From an uncultured Acidobacteriota bacterium (lineage in GTDB: Bacteria > Acidobacteriota > UBA6911), in the NCBI GenBank assembly GCA_963843575.1, contig CAWJKZ010000013.1, positions 96,001 through 160,000 on the forward strand: a stretch of 64,000 nt of DNA, read 5' to 3'. Below, in pieces: positions 28,920-38,348 of this stretch (positions are counted from its first letter, which is position 1; the number at the start of each line of letters is the position of its first letter). Under the pieces are notes generated by a model that was not told where the DNA came from, did no database searches, and saw only the letters and a list, made by a program, of their open reading frames with translations. The translations under genes were made by a program, and so were the position numbers.

Positions 28920-30332
28920 TCAGCGGGGGCTGCCGACATCGCCAAGGTTCACCTGCTCGCCCAGTTCCGGGACGCAGGTCTTCCAGTGAAGTGTGGTGCG
29001 GATCCGTTCGGCAAGGGCCGCGCTCGCGTCCGGTTCGCCGTGCACGACGAATGTCGTCCGGGGAGGCTCCTTGAAGCCCTTCAGCCACCGGAGGATTTCG
29101 TTCGAGTCCGCGTGCCCCGAAAACGATTCCATGGACTCGATGTGAGCTCGCACGGGGACGTCCTCGCCGTGGATCCGGATCGTTTTCGCACCGTCCTTGA
29201 TGAGCTGCCCGCGCGTGCCGTTGGATTGGAAACCCACGAACAGGATTGTGTTGCGCGGCTCCGGGATCCGGTACTTGAGGTGGTGGAGGATGCGGCCGCC
29301 GGTCGCCATTCCGCTGGCCGAGATTATGACGGAAGGGTAGAGCACGCTGTTGAGATCCTGGGACTCCTTCGGGGTGCGCACGAAGCGCAGGTTCGGGCAA
29401 AGCACAGGGCAGGTGCCGGTGGCCCTGAACAGCGCCTTGGCCTCGTCGTCGAAATCCGGAATGTGCCGGCAGAACAGTTCCGTTACGTTGATCGCCATCG
29501 GGCTGTCGACGTAGATGGGCAGGTCCGGGATGGCCTGGCGTTTTTTCAGCCCTCGGATCACGTACAACAGCGTCTGGGTGCGGCCCAGCGCGAACGCGGG
29601 GATGACCAGCACGCCCCCCCTTTTTGCCGTGCTGTTGATCACTTCGGCGATCTCACGGTCCGTTTCTTCCTCCGGGTGCGACCGGTTACCGTAGGTGGAC
29701 TCCAGGAGGAGGTAATCCGCTCTCTCGACGGGCTCCGGGTCGCGCAGGATGGGTGAGTCGTAGCGTCCGAGGTCGCCGGAGAACACGAGGCGAAGGGGGT
29801 TGCCGTTGCCTCCCACCTGCGCTTCGAGAATGGCGGAGCCCAGGATGTGGCCCGCGTCGAGAAAACGGACCCGCACGTCTTTGTCCAGCTGCAGTTCCTG
29901 GTTGTAGTCGATCTCGCGCAGGTGCTCGAGGGAGCGCTGGGCGTCTTCGACGGTGTAGAGCGGGAGGGCGGGTTTGTGTTTCGAGAACCCCTTCTTGTTG
30001 GCGAAGCGCGCGTCTTCTTCCTGGAGGTGCGCCGCGTCGAGAAGGCTGATTCGGCAGAGCTCGAGGGTCGCGGGAGTCGCCCAGGCTTCGCCGCGGAATC
30101 CCTGGCGGACGTAAACCGGCAGCATCCCGATGTGGTCGATGTGCGCGTGCGTCAGCAGCATGTGGTCGATCGAGTTGGCCGCTACAGGAGCCCCGGACCA
30201 GTTCATCAGCCTCAGTTTCTTGGCGCCCTGGAACATGCCGCAATCCACCATGAACCGGACTCTCCCGGTGTCGACCAGGTACTTCGATCCGGTGACCGTG
30301 CCGGCCGCCCCCAGAAAATGAATGCGCGTCAT
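28920..30332 (-). CDS. MBL-fold beta-CASP ribonuclease (YSH1-like)
   Basis: LGAAGTVTGS, THAHIDH, AGHILGSA, ESTYG, SASGM..GGR, FSGHAD, VHGE. Confidence 0.9.
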   Translation of the reverse strand: MTRIHFLGAAGTVTGSKYLVDTGRVRFMVDCGMFQGAKKLRLMNWSGAPVAANSIDHMLLTHAHIDHIGMLPVYVRQGFRGEAWATPATLELCRISLLDAAHLQEEDARFANKKGFSKHKPALPLYTVEDAQRSLEHLREIDYNQELQLDKDVRVRFLDAGHILGSAILEAQVGGNGNPLRLVFSGDLGRYDSPILRDPEPVERADYLLLESTYGNRSHPEEETDREIAEVINSTAKRGGVLVIPAFALGRTQTLLYVIRGLKKRQAIPDLPIYVDSPMAINVTELFCRHIPDFDDEAKALFRATGTCPVLCPNLRFVRTPKESQDLNSVLYPSVIISASGMATGGRILHHLKYRIPEPRNTILFVGFQSNGTRGQLIKDGAKTIRIHGEDVPVRAHIESMESFSGHADSNEILRWLKGFKEPPRTTFVVHGEPDASAALAERIRTTLHWKTCVPELGEQVNLGDVGSPR

Positions 30333-30478
30333 CCAGCCATCCTCCCTCGGTTGATCCGCTCGAGTCTCTTGTAAAGGGTCGCGCATGTCAAGGCCGCACG
30401 GAAGGCTCCGTCCGCCCGTCTTTCGCGTGCGCCGGCTAAGTGCTACACTGCGATTCTTTGTCAAACCGGGTGATTGCG

Positions 30479-31168
30479 ATGATCCGATTGGTGAATGTCG
30501 AAAAATTCTTCGAGCACGGCGTCTCCAAGAGCTACGTGCTGCGGCGCATCAACCTCGAGGTCAAGGAGGGGGAGTTCGTCTCGATCATGGGCCCATCGGG
30601 CGCCGGCAAGTCGACCCTGCTGCACATCCTCGGCATGCACGACAGCTCGTGGACGGGCGAGTACTACTTCATGGGCCAGCCCGTCCACAGGCTGGGCAAG
30701 AAAGAGCGCGCGGAGCTGCACAAGAAAAACATCGGCTTCGTCTTCCAAAGCTATCACCTGCTGGACCAGTTGACCGTCTACGAGAATCTCGACATACCTC
30801 TCTCGTACCGCAATGTGGGGAGGAAAGAGCGGGAGAGCATGGTGTGCGACACTCTGGACAGGTTCCAGATCGTGGGAAAGAAGGACCTCTACCCGACCCA
30901 ACTCTCGGGCGGCCAGCAACAGCTCGTCGCGGTGGCGCGCGCGGTAATCGCCGGCCCCAGGCTGATCCTGGCCGACGAGCCGACCGGAAACCTGCATTCC
31001 AGCCAGGGACAAGAGATCATGGAGTTGTTCCGGAGGCTGAACCAGGAAGGCACGACTATCGTGCAGGTGACGCACTCGGAACGGAACGCCGCCTATGGTT
31101 CCAAGATCGTCCAGCTCGCCGACGGGTGGGTGGTTTCGGGTGGCACCTCGGCCGGGACAGGCACCTAG
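30479..31168 (+). CDS. ABC transporter ATP-binding protein (MacB/LolD-like)
   Basis: [29 protein letters not shown]. Confidence 0.92.
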   Translation: MIRLVNVEKFFEHGVSKSYVLRRINLEVKEGEFVSIMGPSGAGKSTLLHILGMHDSSWTGEYYFMGQPVHRLGKKERAELHKKNIGFVFQSYHLLDQLTVYENLDIPLSYRNVGRKERESMVCDTLDRFQIVGKKDLYPTQLSGGQQQLVAVARAVIAGPRLILADEPTGNLHSSQGQEIMELFRRLNQEGTTIVQVTHSERNAAYGSKIVQLADGWVVSGGTSAGTGT

Positions 31169-31270
31169 GGCTCGCGCAAGAATAATTTCACATTCTGCTG
31201 ACGGCTCCCCCGTCACCAATGCCTTTGTCTTTGATCTGCGTGGTCCGCGTCCATCCGCGTCCAAAGAAAA
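31165..31270. mobile_element. Composite MITE-like element: family C terminal repeat plus a family A-type motif
   Basis: CTAGGGCTCGCGCAAGAATAATTTCACATTCTGCTGACGGCTCCC closely matches the reverse complement of 59942-59987; followed by ATCTGCGTGGTCCGCGTCCATCCGCGTCC. Confidence 0.7.
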
Positions 31271-31352
31271 GCAGCCGCGAGGTGTTCTGAAACGCGACCG
31301 GATAGACCGCGAGTTGGCCGGTAAGCTTCGGGACAGGCTGGGGTCGGCAACC

Positions 31353-31425
31353 GGGTCAGGTCTTGAGGATCGGGTCGCCGGAGGATCTGGATTCCCCGCA
31401 CAACCCGGTTCTCAGGACCTGACCC
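31353..31425. repeat. Inverted repeat pair, family D (GGGTCAGGTCTTGAG / CTCAGGACCTGACCC)
   Basis: 15-bp arms with one G-T mismatch and a ~43-nt spacer; REP-like. Confidence 0.55.
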
Positions 31426-31437
31426 ACGCTGCCCGTT

Positions 31438-32010
31438 CTAGGAGGACTTCTTGCCCTTCACGGACGAGTCGAGTTCCTGCTGCGCTTCCCATACCAGGCG
31501 CAACGTGCTCTTGGCCAGGTAGTCGGCATCCTGGAACTGTCCGTTCTCGAGTTGTGTCGTGATCTTGGCCAGCTTCTCCTCGGCGTCCTTGCATACCTCG
31601 AGGATGGTTTGCTTCTTGGCGGCCGGGACCTTGGCGCCGCCCGCGTCGAGCGCATCCTTCAAAGCCTTGGCGCGCTTTTCGAGCGTCGTCTGGTTGTTCT
31701 TGATCTCGGTGATCTTGGCGTCCTTCTTGTTATGGGCCAGGTCTCGAGCCTTCTCGTAGCGCGTTTTCGCCTTCAGCAGGACCCGGGTGGCATCCCCCCA
31801 TTTTTCCTTGGCGATGTAGCCCTGGGCTTCGCCGAAAGACTGTTCGGCGGCTCTCCAGTCGTCAGGCGCAAACTGGTCGGCATACTCGGCCTTTGCGGCC
31901 AGCTGGGCCTTCTCGGTTCTTTCGATCTGCTCGGTGGGTTTCCCGGAGCAGCCGTACGTGCACAGCACGAGCACGGGGATTAGCAGAAATAAAAGACGGA
32001 AATACCTCAT
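31438..32010 (-). CDS. Alpha-helical lipoprotein (DUF4398-like)
   Basis: Lipobox TYGC; Ala/Lys-rich helices; GGAGG RBS. Confidence 0.65.
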   Translation of the reverse strand: MRYFRLLFLLIPVLVLCTYGCSGKPTEQIERTEKAQLAAKAEYADQFAPDDWRAAEQSFGEAQGYIAKEKWGDATRVLLKAKTRYEKARDLAHNKKDAKITEIKNNQTTLEKRAKALKDALDAGGAKVPAAKKQTILEVCKDAEEKLAKITTQLENGQFQDADYLAKSTLRLVWEAQQELDSSVKGKKSS

Positions 32011-32274
32011 ATCGACCTCCGCGGTCCCGGCGAGCGCACAGCCGCGCAGGCTGCCTCGAGCTCCCGCGCCGGGAAGAGGAGCGTCCTCGGGGCAGGTGAC
32101 GTGCTGAACCGGGAACGCCCGAAATAGTCCGACCAAAAACAAGCGATTGTCACCCCGGGTGGGGGCCTTCCCTGAATTGCGATCCTCTCAGAATGTAGGG
32201 CTTGGGCCCCGGAGACCGGAGTCCTCTTATTTATATATCAGTACGGTCCGGTAAGAAAAACAAAATGTGCGGCT

Positions 32275-34926
32275 TCAAAGAACGGACCAGCTGGGCGGCT
32301 CGGTTGCCGCGGTCAGGATGGCGTTGAAAAGCAGCTTGAAGGTCCCGAAGGTCTGCGCCCGGTGTTGCACCCTGAGTGGAATCAGCACCATTCGGCCCTT
32401 GCCCAGCCGCACCTCCGCGACTGCGACCTTGTTGCTGAGGTACGCCTCGCCCTGCAGCCACCCGCTCTTCAGCAACCTGTTGTTCGGGTAGCGCACCACA
32501 ATCGAACTCTGCATCGACGAGAATGAAGGGACGGGTTCGAGGACCAGCGATTCGGCAAAATAGGCGCTCGCCTCGTCCTTCATGCCGAATCCGATCGGGT
32601 GACTCGAGTCGACCATGACTCGCAGGATCGAGCCCGGACAGAAGAACTCCTCCCGCCGCACTCCCCGCAACGCGTCGCGGAACGGCGCCCCAAAACTATC
32701 CACGGGCAGAAGCGCACTCTGGCCGAGGGTGATGAGGGTCCCTCCTCGTTCGACGAAGGCCCGCAGCGCGCTGGTCCCGCTGCCTTCGATCCCTCCTCTG
32801 TATTCGGCGGGCATGGCCGGGGCCGAAATCCCGTTGAGGATCTGGTCGGGATTCATATCCGGCAGAACGATCGCGTCGAAGCCTGAGATGTCCCCTTTGC
32901 GCACGTCCTCGGGGTGGATGGTGGTGTAGGGGAATTCGTTCTGCTCGAGCAGCCAGCGCGTCCACCCTTCGTCGATGCTGCCGCCCCAGGGCTGGTACAG
33001 GGCGGTGCGGGGTGCGCGCACCCTGAACGAGCGCGCAGCCGGTGGCCTGTCGGTCGCACGCGCGTCCACGCCGAGTTCCCGGGTGACGCCCGCGATTGCC
33101 GCCGCGAGGTCCCTGCCGCCGCGCACAAGGATCCCGCCCGGCGCATACTCGAACTCGCCCGCGAGGGTTTCCTTGTCCATCAGCCACGAAACGTCGAAGC
33201 CTGCCTTCAGCAGGCGATTGACGGCCACGAGGCTGTTGTTGGCCTCGTGGCCGATCAGGTACGCAGCGCCCGTCCCGGTAACCCGGCCGGCCGAGGGTTC
33301 CACGCTGTCGACCTTCGTCAACGCCGCCTGGAAAGACCTGGCCACGAAGGGCGTTTCGATCCCCATTTGCATGCCGAGCGACCAGCCGGCCGCGTCGTAC
33401 GGGGGCCGGGGGGGCATGCCCGGCGCTGCGGAGATCTTCGGGTAGACCTGCGCCTCGAGCATGTCCTTCACGTAGGCCCGGAACGGCTGAGCCATCAGGA
33501 TAACGAACGTTCCCGCGGGATAACTCCTATCGTCGGCCGTGAAGGCCTGCTCTGCCCGATGAACTTCGACCCCACCGTAAATGAGAGTCTGAAGCAGCTT
33601 GGCCACCGTGGGGCGATCCGGCTGATCGGGCGGGATCACCACCGCGTAGGGGTTGCCGGCCTTGCCGGCGTCGACCTGTCGCCTCCCCACGGTGTAGAGA
33701 CCCTCGAGCAGTGGGACGCGCAGGCGCGCGGCGGTCTCGAGCAGCCCGAAAGTCGCGATCAGTTCATAGTCCACGATGTCTCGCAGGGTCCACCGCCCGC
33801 CAAGCCAGGGACGGGGATAGCTTGCGCGGGCCTGCACGTCGCCGGGCGGAGGCAGCACCCCACCTTCGTCCCACCGGGGTCGCCGCTGCTCTTCAGGGGT
33901 GACAGCTGTGGCCGCTGCGCTCTGACGTTCCGGGTCCGCCCTTTGTTGCTCGACGGGCGTGGCGAGGCGGGCCGAAGCGACCTCCGTGAGCAGCCCGAGC
34001 ATGTTGTGCCACCAGCCGCTCCAGGCCATCGCCCCTTCCCACCAGTAGGTGTACAGCTCGCCGTGGATGATTCCTTCCTTGCCCGCCTTCTCGAGTGCCG
34101 CGGCCTGAGCGAAACCGAGGAGGCCGACGTTGCGGTAGATCAGCGGATCGACGTTGGGGTTGATGGGGTCCGTCGCGGGCATGACAAACATGCGCGGTCC
34201 GAGCCCTCCCATCTGATGCTCGTCGAGCCAGATAACCGGCAGCCAGTCTCGGTACAGGATCTTCCCCATCAGTCGCGTCTCGACCTGGGTGAACATGTAG
34301 GCGTCGCGGTTGTTGTCGTGTCCGACATATGGGTGATAGAGCCACGGGAGCGGCGCGTTTTCGTGGGCCGTGCCGAGGTTGCGGTTGTACCAGTCTGTCA
34401 CCAGGATCTGGCCGTCCGGGTTGAGGCTCGGGACCAGCAGCAACACGGTCTCGTCCAGGATCTTGCGGATCTCCGGGGTATTCTCCGTGGCCAGCCGGTG
34501 CACGGCTTCGAGTGACATCTGGGTCGCCCCCACCTCGGTCGCGTGGATGCTGCAGGTGACCAGCACAAAGATCTTCGCCTGCTCGATCAGTCGCCGGGCC
34601 TCCTCCTCCGTCCTGATGGTTCGGGGATCGAAGAGCCTTCGGTTGATCGCCTTGAGGCTTTCGATGTCTTTCAGGTTCGATGGCGACGAGATTACGACGA
34701 GCACGAAAGGGTTTCCGTTCGTGCTGCTCCCGACTTCCTGCAGCAGCACCCGGTCGGACTCGCGGTCCACGAGCTTCATGTATTCGACGATCCTGTCCCA
34801 CCGGGCGAGCTTCTTTTCCGTTCCGACGCGGAAGCCGAGAAAATCCCCCGGCGAATGAATTCCCTGTCCGAAACAGAGGCCGGCTGCCAGGACCAGTGCA
34901 ATGAGTGCTGCAGATCGTCGATGCAC
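32275..34926 (-). CDS. Secreted M14-family zinc carboxypeptidase with GATase-like C-terminal domain
   Basis: SIHATEVG, NPDG, HDNNRD, DEHQMG, DEGWTRW. Confidence 0.88.
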   Translation of the reverse strand: MHRRSAALIALVLAAGLCFGQGIHSPGDFLGFRVGTEKKLARWDRIVEYMKLVDRESDRVLLQEVGSSTNGNPFVLVVISSPSNLKDIESLKAINRRLFDPRTIRTEEEARRLIEQAKIFVLVTCSIHATEVGATQMSLEAVHRLATENTPEIRKILDETVLLLVPSLNPDGQILVTDWYNRNLGTAHENAPLPWLYHPYVGHDNNRDAYMFTQVETRLMGKILYRDWLPVIWLDEHQMGGLGPRMFVMPATDPINPNVDPLIYRNVGLLGFAQAAALEKAGKEGIIHGELYTYWWEGAMAWSGWWHNMLGLLTEVASARLATPVEQQRADPERQSAAATAVTPEEQRRPRWDEGGVLPPPGDVQARASYPRPWLGGRWTLRDIVDYELIATFGLLETAARLRVPLLEGLYTVGRRQVDAGKAGNPYAVVIPPDQPDRPTVAKLLQTLIYGGVEVHRAEQAFTADDRSYPAGTFVILMAQPFRAYVKDMLEAQVYPKISAAPGMPPRPPYDAAGWSLGMQMGIETPFVARSFQAALTKVDSVEPSAGRVTGTGAAYLIGHEANNSLVAVNRLLKAGFDVSWLMDKETLAGEFEYAPGGILVRGGRDLAAAIAGVTRELGVDARATDRPPAARSFRVRAPRTALYQPWGGSIDEGWTRWLLEQNEFPYTTIHPEDVRKGDISGFDAIVLPDMNPDQILNGISAPAMPAEYRGGIEGSGTSALRAFVERGGTLITLGQSALLPVDSFGAPFRDALRGVRREEFFCPGSILRVMVDSSHPIGFGMKDEASAYFAESLVLEPVPSFSSMQSSIVVRYPNNRLLKSGWLQGEAYLSNKVAVAEVRLGKGRMVLIPLRVQHRAQTFGTFKLLFNAILTAATEPPSWSVL

Positions 34927-34944
34927 GTGACTCCTCCACGTCGG

Positions 34945-35889
34945 TCAACGCTTCACGGCGTCCATTTTATCGGGACGCGTGAGCCGGCGCAGCCGTTTCT
35001 GGCGCAGAATCGAGTCAGCGACGAGGCACGTTAGGATGACGAAACCACCGATGACGGTGCCGGCGCCGGGGACCTCGCCTGTTCCAACCATCACCCAGAC
35101 CGGATTCAGGATCGGTTCGACAAACGCCAGGAGCGTGGCCCGCAGCGCGGGCACGAGCCGCAGTCCGGCCGAGAACATGATGTAGGGGACGGCGAGTTGC
35201 AGGGCGCCCAGGGAGGCGAGGATCAGCCACTCCCGTCCCCCCAGGGCGGGGAGACCGGACACCATCCACGGCGAGCAGGCCACCACGCAGAGTCCGTTGC
35301 CTACGACCACCGCCGCCACGCCCGCCGAGTGAGTCTCCTGCTTTCCCTGGTGTCTCAGCCCGATGATGAGGACGGCCATGGTGCAGCCGGAGAGGATCGC
35401 GAAGATATTGCCGAGCCACCCGGCAAACGTCAGCTTGTCCAGGAAGAAGAACACCAGCCCCGTCAAACATCCCGCCGCGACCAGATAATCCCGTCGTTGC
35501 GGGCGCTCGTGCAGGACGGGCACCGACAGCGCGATCACCCAGATCGGGCAGGTGTACTGGAGCAGGATCGCGTTGGCCGCCGTGGTGAGGCGCGTCGCGG
35601 ACACGAAGAGGGCGAGGGTCGCCGCGTACGCGGCCGCCGTGGCGACCAGCGCGGGCTTCCGCAGCAACCCCGGCGCGGTGTGACGAAGGCCCCCCAGCGC
35701 GATCAGGACCGGGATGGCGAAGAAAGAGCGCCACCCCGCCGTGGTCAGCGGGTGCACTGCCAGGGATTTGATACCGAGCCCCCCGCTGCTCCAGAGTACC
35801 GCGGCAGCCACGATCAGGAAGGGCCCGAGGTGGGCCGCCGCGGATCGACGCGGCCCCCGTGACGAGGCAGATCCGGTGGGGCGGCTCAT
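34945..35889 (-). CDS. EamA/DMT family transporter
   Basis: About 10 TM segments; TTAANAILLQYT.P.W; EPILNPVWV. Confidence 0.88.
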   Translation of the reverse strand: MSRPTGSASSRGPRRSAAAHLGPFLIVAAAVLWSSGGLGIKSLAVHPLTTAGWRSFFAIPVLIALGGLRHTAPGLLRKPALVATAAAYAATLALFVSATRLTTAANAILLQYTCPIWVIALSVPVLHERPQRRDYLVAAGCLTGLVFFFLDKLTFAGWLGNIFAILSGCTMAVLIIGLRHQGKQETHSAGVAAVVVGNGLCVVACSPWMVSGLPALGGREWLILASLGALQLAVPYIMFSAGLRLVPALRATLLAFVEPILNPVWVMVGTGEVPGAGTVIGGFVILTCLVADSILRQKRLRRLTRPDKMDAVKR

Positions 35890-38114
35890 CGGGGCGGGGG
35901 CGGGCCGCCCCCGCCCACCCGGCTCAGGGCGGCGAATTCGCTTTCCGAGAACAGGGATTTTACGGCCTCCATCTCCTGTGGGCTTTGGAACCGGTATCCC
36001 GCCTCCAGGGCCCGTTGAATCTCCCTCCTGGCATTATCCCGCTGGTTGTCGGCCATCAGCGACAGGCCAAGGAACCAGTGACCCAGCCCGAAGTCGGGAT
36101 CAGCCTCGACCATCCGTCGGTTGAGCTCGACGGCCTTCCGGGGTTCGCCGGCTATGACGTAAGTCCGCGCCAGGGTAAACATGGCCTCCTGGCGGTTCGG
36201 GCTAAGTTCCAGGGCCCTGCGGCCGAAGGCTTCCGCCTGCGCGCCAAATCCCTTGTCCGCGTACATGGTCAAGCCGTTGTACATGTCGTTCAGCAGCACG
36301 TAGTACTGGGCGTCGTTCGGGTGGGCCGCCAGCGCCTCCCGGGAGAGCCTCAGGACGAGTTCCCCCGCGTCGAAGGAGCGGGAGGCTGCGCGGTTGGTGA
36401 TCACGCTGTTGACCGCGAGATAGGCGCAGTTGAGTTTCTCGCCGGCGTGGTAGGGGGAGAAACGGCGGAACGCGTCTTCATAACGGGAAATGCCGGCTGC
36501 GGGATCCTGCAGGAAGGCGCTCCTGGCCAGGAAATAGCCGTGGATGGCGCGAGCCATCTCCACGTTGGCGTACAGGGCGCAGAGCGCCAGCACTCCCGCG
36601 CCGCACGCCGCGAAGACACGCACGCCTTTTGCGGAACCGGGACCTTTGTCCTTGGTGCGCTCGTGCCTGCTCAGATGCCTGCGGCGGCTCGGTGGTATCG
36701 GATCCTCGAAGATGCTCACCGCTCCCAGGGTGAGGAACAAGCCGAAAAGCGAGCCGAAACCGTCGAAGGCGACGGCGTTGCCGGCCAGGTACCCCGCCAA
36801 TGCGCCGGCAGCGCAAAGCGCCATGGAGCGGTCGGGCAGACGCCGGAGGCTGCCGACAACCGCAAAGACGAGAGCCAGGAACGCAAGCACCCCCGCCAGG
36901 CCTTTTTCGACCAGCAGGTCAAGATAATAGTTGTGGGTCTTGTCGTACCACGTTTCGCTGCGCTGCGTAAAATTCTCGGCGAACTGGACCTGCCTCGGAT
37001 CGTAATACCGATTCAGGACATAGTAGACGTTGTCGTGGCCCGAACCCAGGAGGGGATCTTGCTGGAAACCGCGAAGCGCGCTGCGCCACGCCAGCAGGCG
37101 GTTCTTGGTGGTCGTGCTTTCGCCCGGGGACATCCGTGTCAGACGCGTCAGCACGGGAACGCGCTTGACCAGGGGCGCATCCCGAAAATACCAGAGCGCC
37201 GGGCCGGCGGCAGCAAGCAGCAACAACGCCGATGCCGTGCCGAGCCGCGCAACGGCGTTCAGGGAACGGGAGAAAGTCGCGTACAGCGCGAGGACGAGCA
37301 GCCCAGCCGCCATGCCCAGGATCACACCCCGCGTCTGGCCCGCCAGGATCGCGGTGACGATCAACGCCTCCCCGGCCACCAGGGCGGCCACCCGGGCGGC
37401 CCGGAAGCGTCCGGGAGCGCGGAGCGCGGCACTCGCCAGGAAGAGGCCCCAGAAGAAATGGATCATGAGGTACGGCCCGGTCAGTATCGGGTTGCCCATG
37501 ACGCCGCCCGGCCGACGCGCCGTGCTGCCCAGGATCCTGCCTACGAGCGAAGCTCCCGCCTCGGGGTTGGCCTGGTACCCCTGCCACACCACGGAGAGAG
37601 CCGCGACGACGCTCACGGAGAACGAGACGGTCAGGTAGCGCACCAGCAGACGCTGCCTCTGCCCCGAATCCCAGGTCCGGAGGTGCCAGTCAAACACGAG
37701 AAGCCAGGCGAGACAGTGGGCGAGAAGGACCAGTCCGTCCTGGCGGTCCAGAAAACCCCACAGGCTGCGATTCGGGTCGGTGCCGAACAGCGCGGAAACC
37801 AGGGAGACCAGGAGGAACATCCCCGCCATCATTGGTGTCGCAGACAGCCACGAAACACCCACGGGCGCCGTGGCGGGTCCCGGGCGGATCAGGGCCGACA
37901 ACAGGGCCAGGCCGCACAGGATCTCCACCAGCGCCTGGAACAACAGCACCTTCGGGGTGACATGCGGGAACAGGGCCCCGTTCCATACCGGCAGCGGGGT
38001 GAGCAGGGCGAGGTAAAGCCCGATGCCGATGGCCCGTGTGATCGATGCGTGCAGTCTCTCGTTGCCGCGTTTGGCCCGGACGGCGGTTTCGGCGCGGCTC
38101 GTCCCACGTTTCAT
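35886..38114 (-). CDS. O-antigen ligase / O-oligosaccharyltransferase family protein with C-terminal TPRs
   Basis: Multi-TM; GNP; TRG; RL.AW..AL..F...PLLGSG; DKTHNYYLDLLVE.G; TPR tail. Confidence 0.8.
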   Translation of the reverse strand: MKRGTSRAETAVRAKRGNERLHASITRAIGIGLYLALLTPLPVWNGALFPHVTPKVLLFQALVEILCGLALLSALIRPGPATAPVGVSWLSATPMMAGMFLLVSLVSALFGTDPNRSLWGFLDRQDGLVLLAHCLAWLLVFDWHLRTWDSGQRQRLLVRYLTVSFSVSVVAALSVVWQGYQANPEAGASLVGRILGSTARRPGGVMGNPILTGPYLMIHFFWGLFLASAALRAPGRFRAARVAALVAGEALIVTAILAGQTRGVILGMAAGLLVLALYATFSRSLNAVARLGTASALLLLAAAGPALWYFRDAPLVKRVPVLTRLTRMSPGESTTTKNRLLAWRSALRGFQQDPLLGSGHDNVYYVLNRYYDPRQVQFAENFTQRSETWYDKTHNYYLDLLVEKGLAGVLAFLALVFAVVGSLRRLPDRSMALCAAGALAGYLAGNAVAFDGFGSLFGLFLTLGAVSIFEDPIPPSRRRHLSRHERTKDKGPGSAKGVRVFAACGAGVLALCALYANVEMARAIHGYFLARSAFLQDPAAGISRYEDAFRRFSPYHAGEKLNCAYLAVNSVITNRAASRSFDAGELVLRLSREALAAHPNDAQYYVLLNDMYNGLTMYADKGFGAQAEAFGRRALELSPNRQEAMFTLARTYVIAGEPRKAVELNRRMVEADPDFGLGHWFLGLSLMADNQRDNARREIQRALEAGYRFQSPQEMEAVKSLFSESEFAALSRVGGGGPPPPR

Positions 38115-38348
38115 CTTCAGGTTCTTCGAAAAGAAGTTTTGCCTGCCCGGAGCACGGCAAGGGCGCTCCGCATCCCGCGTGCGGGCCGTGGAGCAGGCCG
38201 GAGTTTCGGAACCGGCGCCACTCGTGCACGGGCGATCAGACGGCTGCTGACCTCATAGCGTATTCTGCCTGAAATCCCGACTCCTGGCTTCGTCCTTCTC
38301 ACACCACCGGGATCCTTGTGTCCAGGCGCGATGCGCCGGGACCCGGAC

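Noticed and set aside
28920-30332. beta-CASP nuclease as an anti-phage defence gene
   Set aside because: Standard stand-alone YSH1-like RNase with no defence-associated partners.
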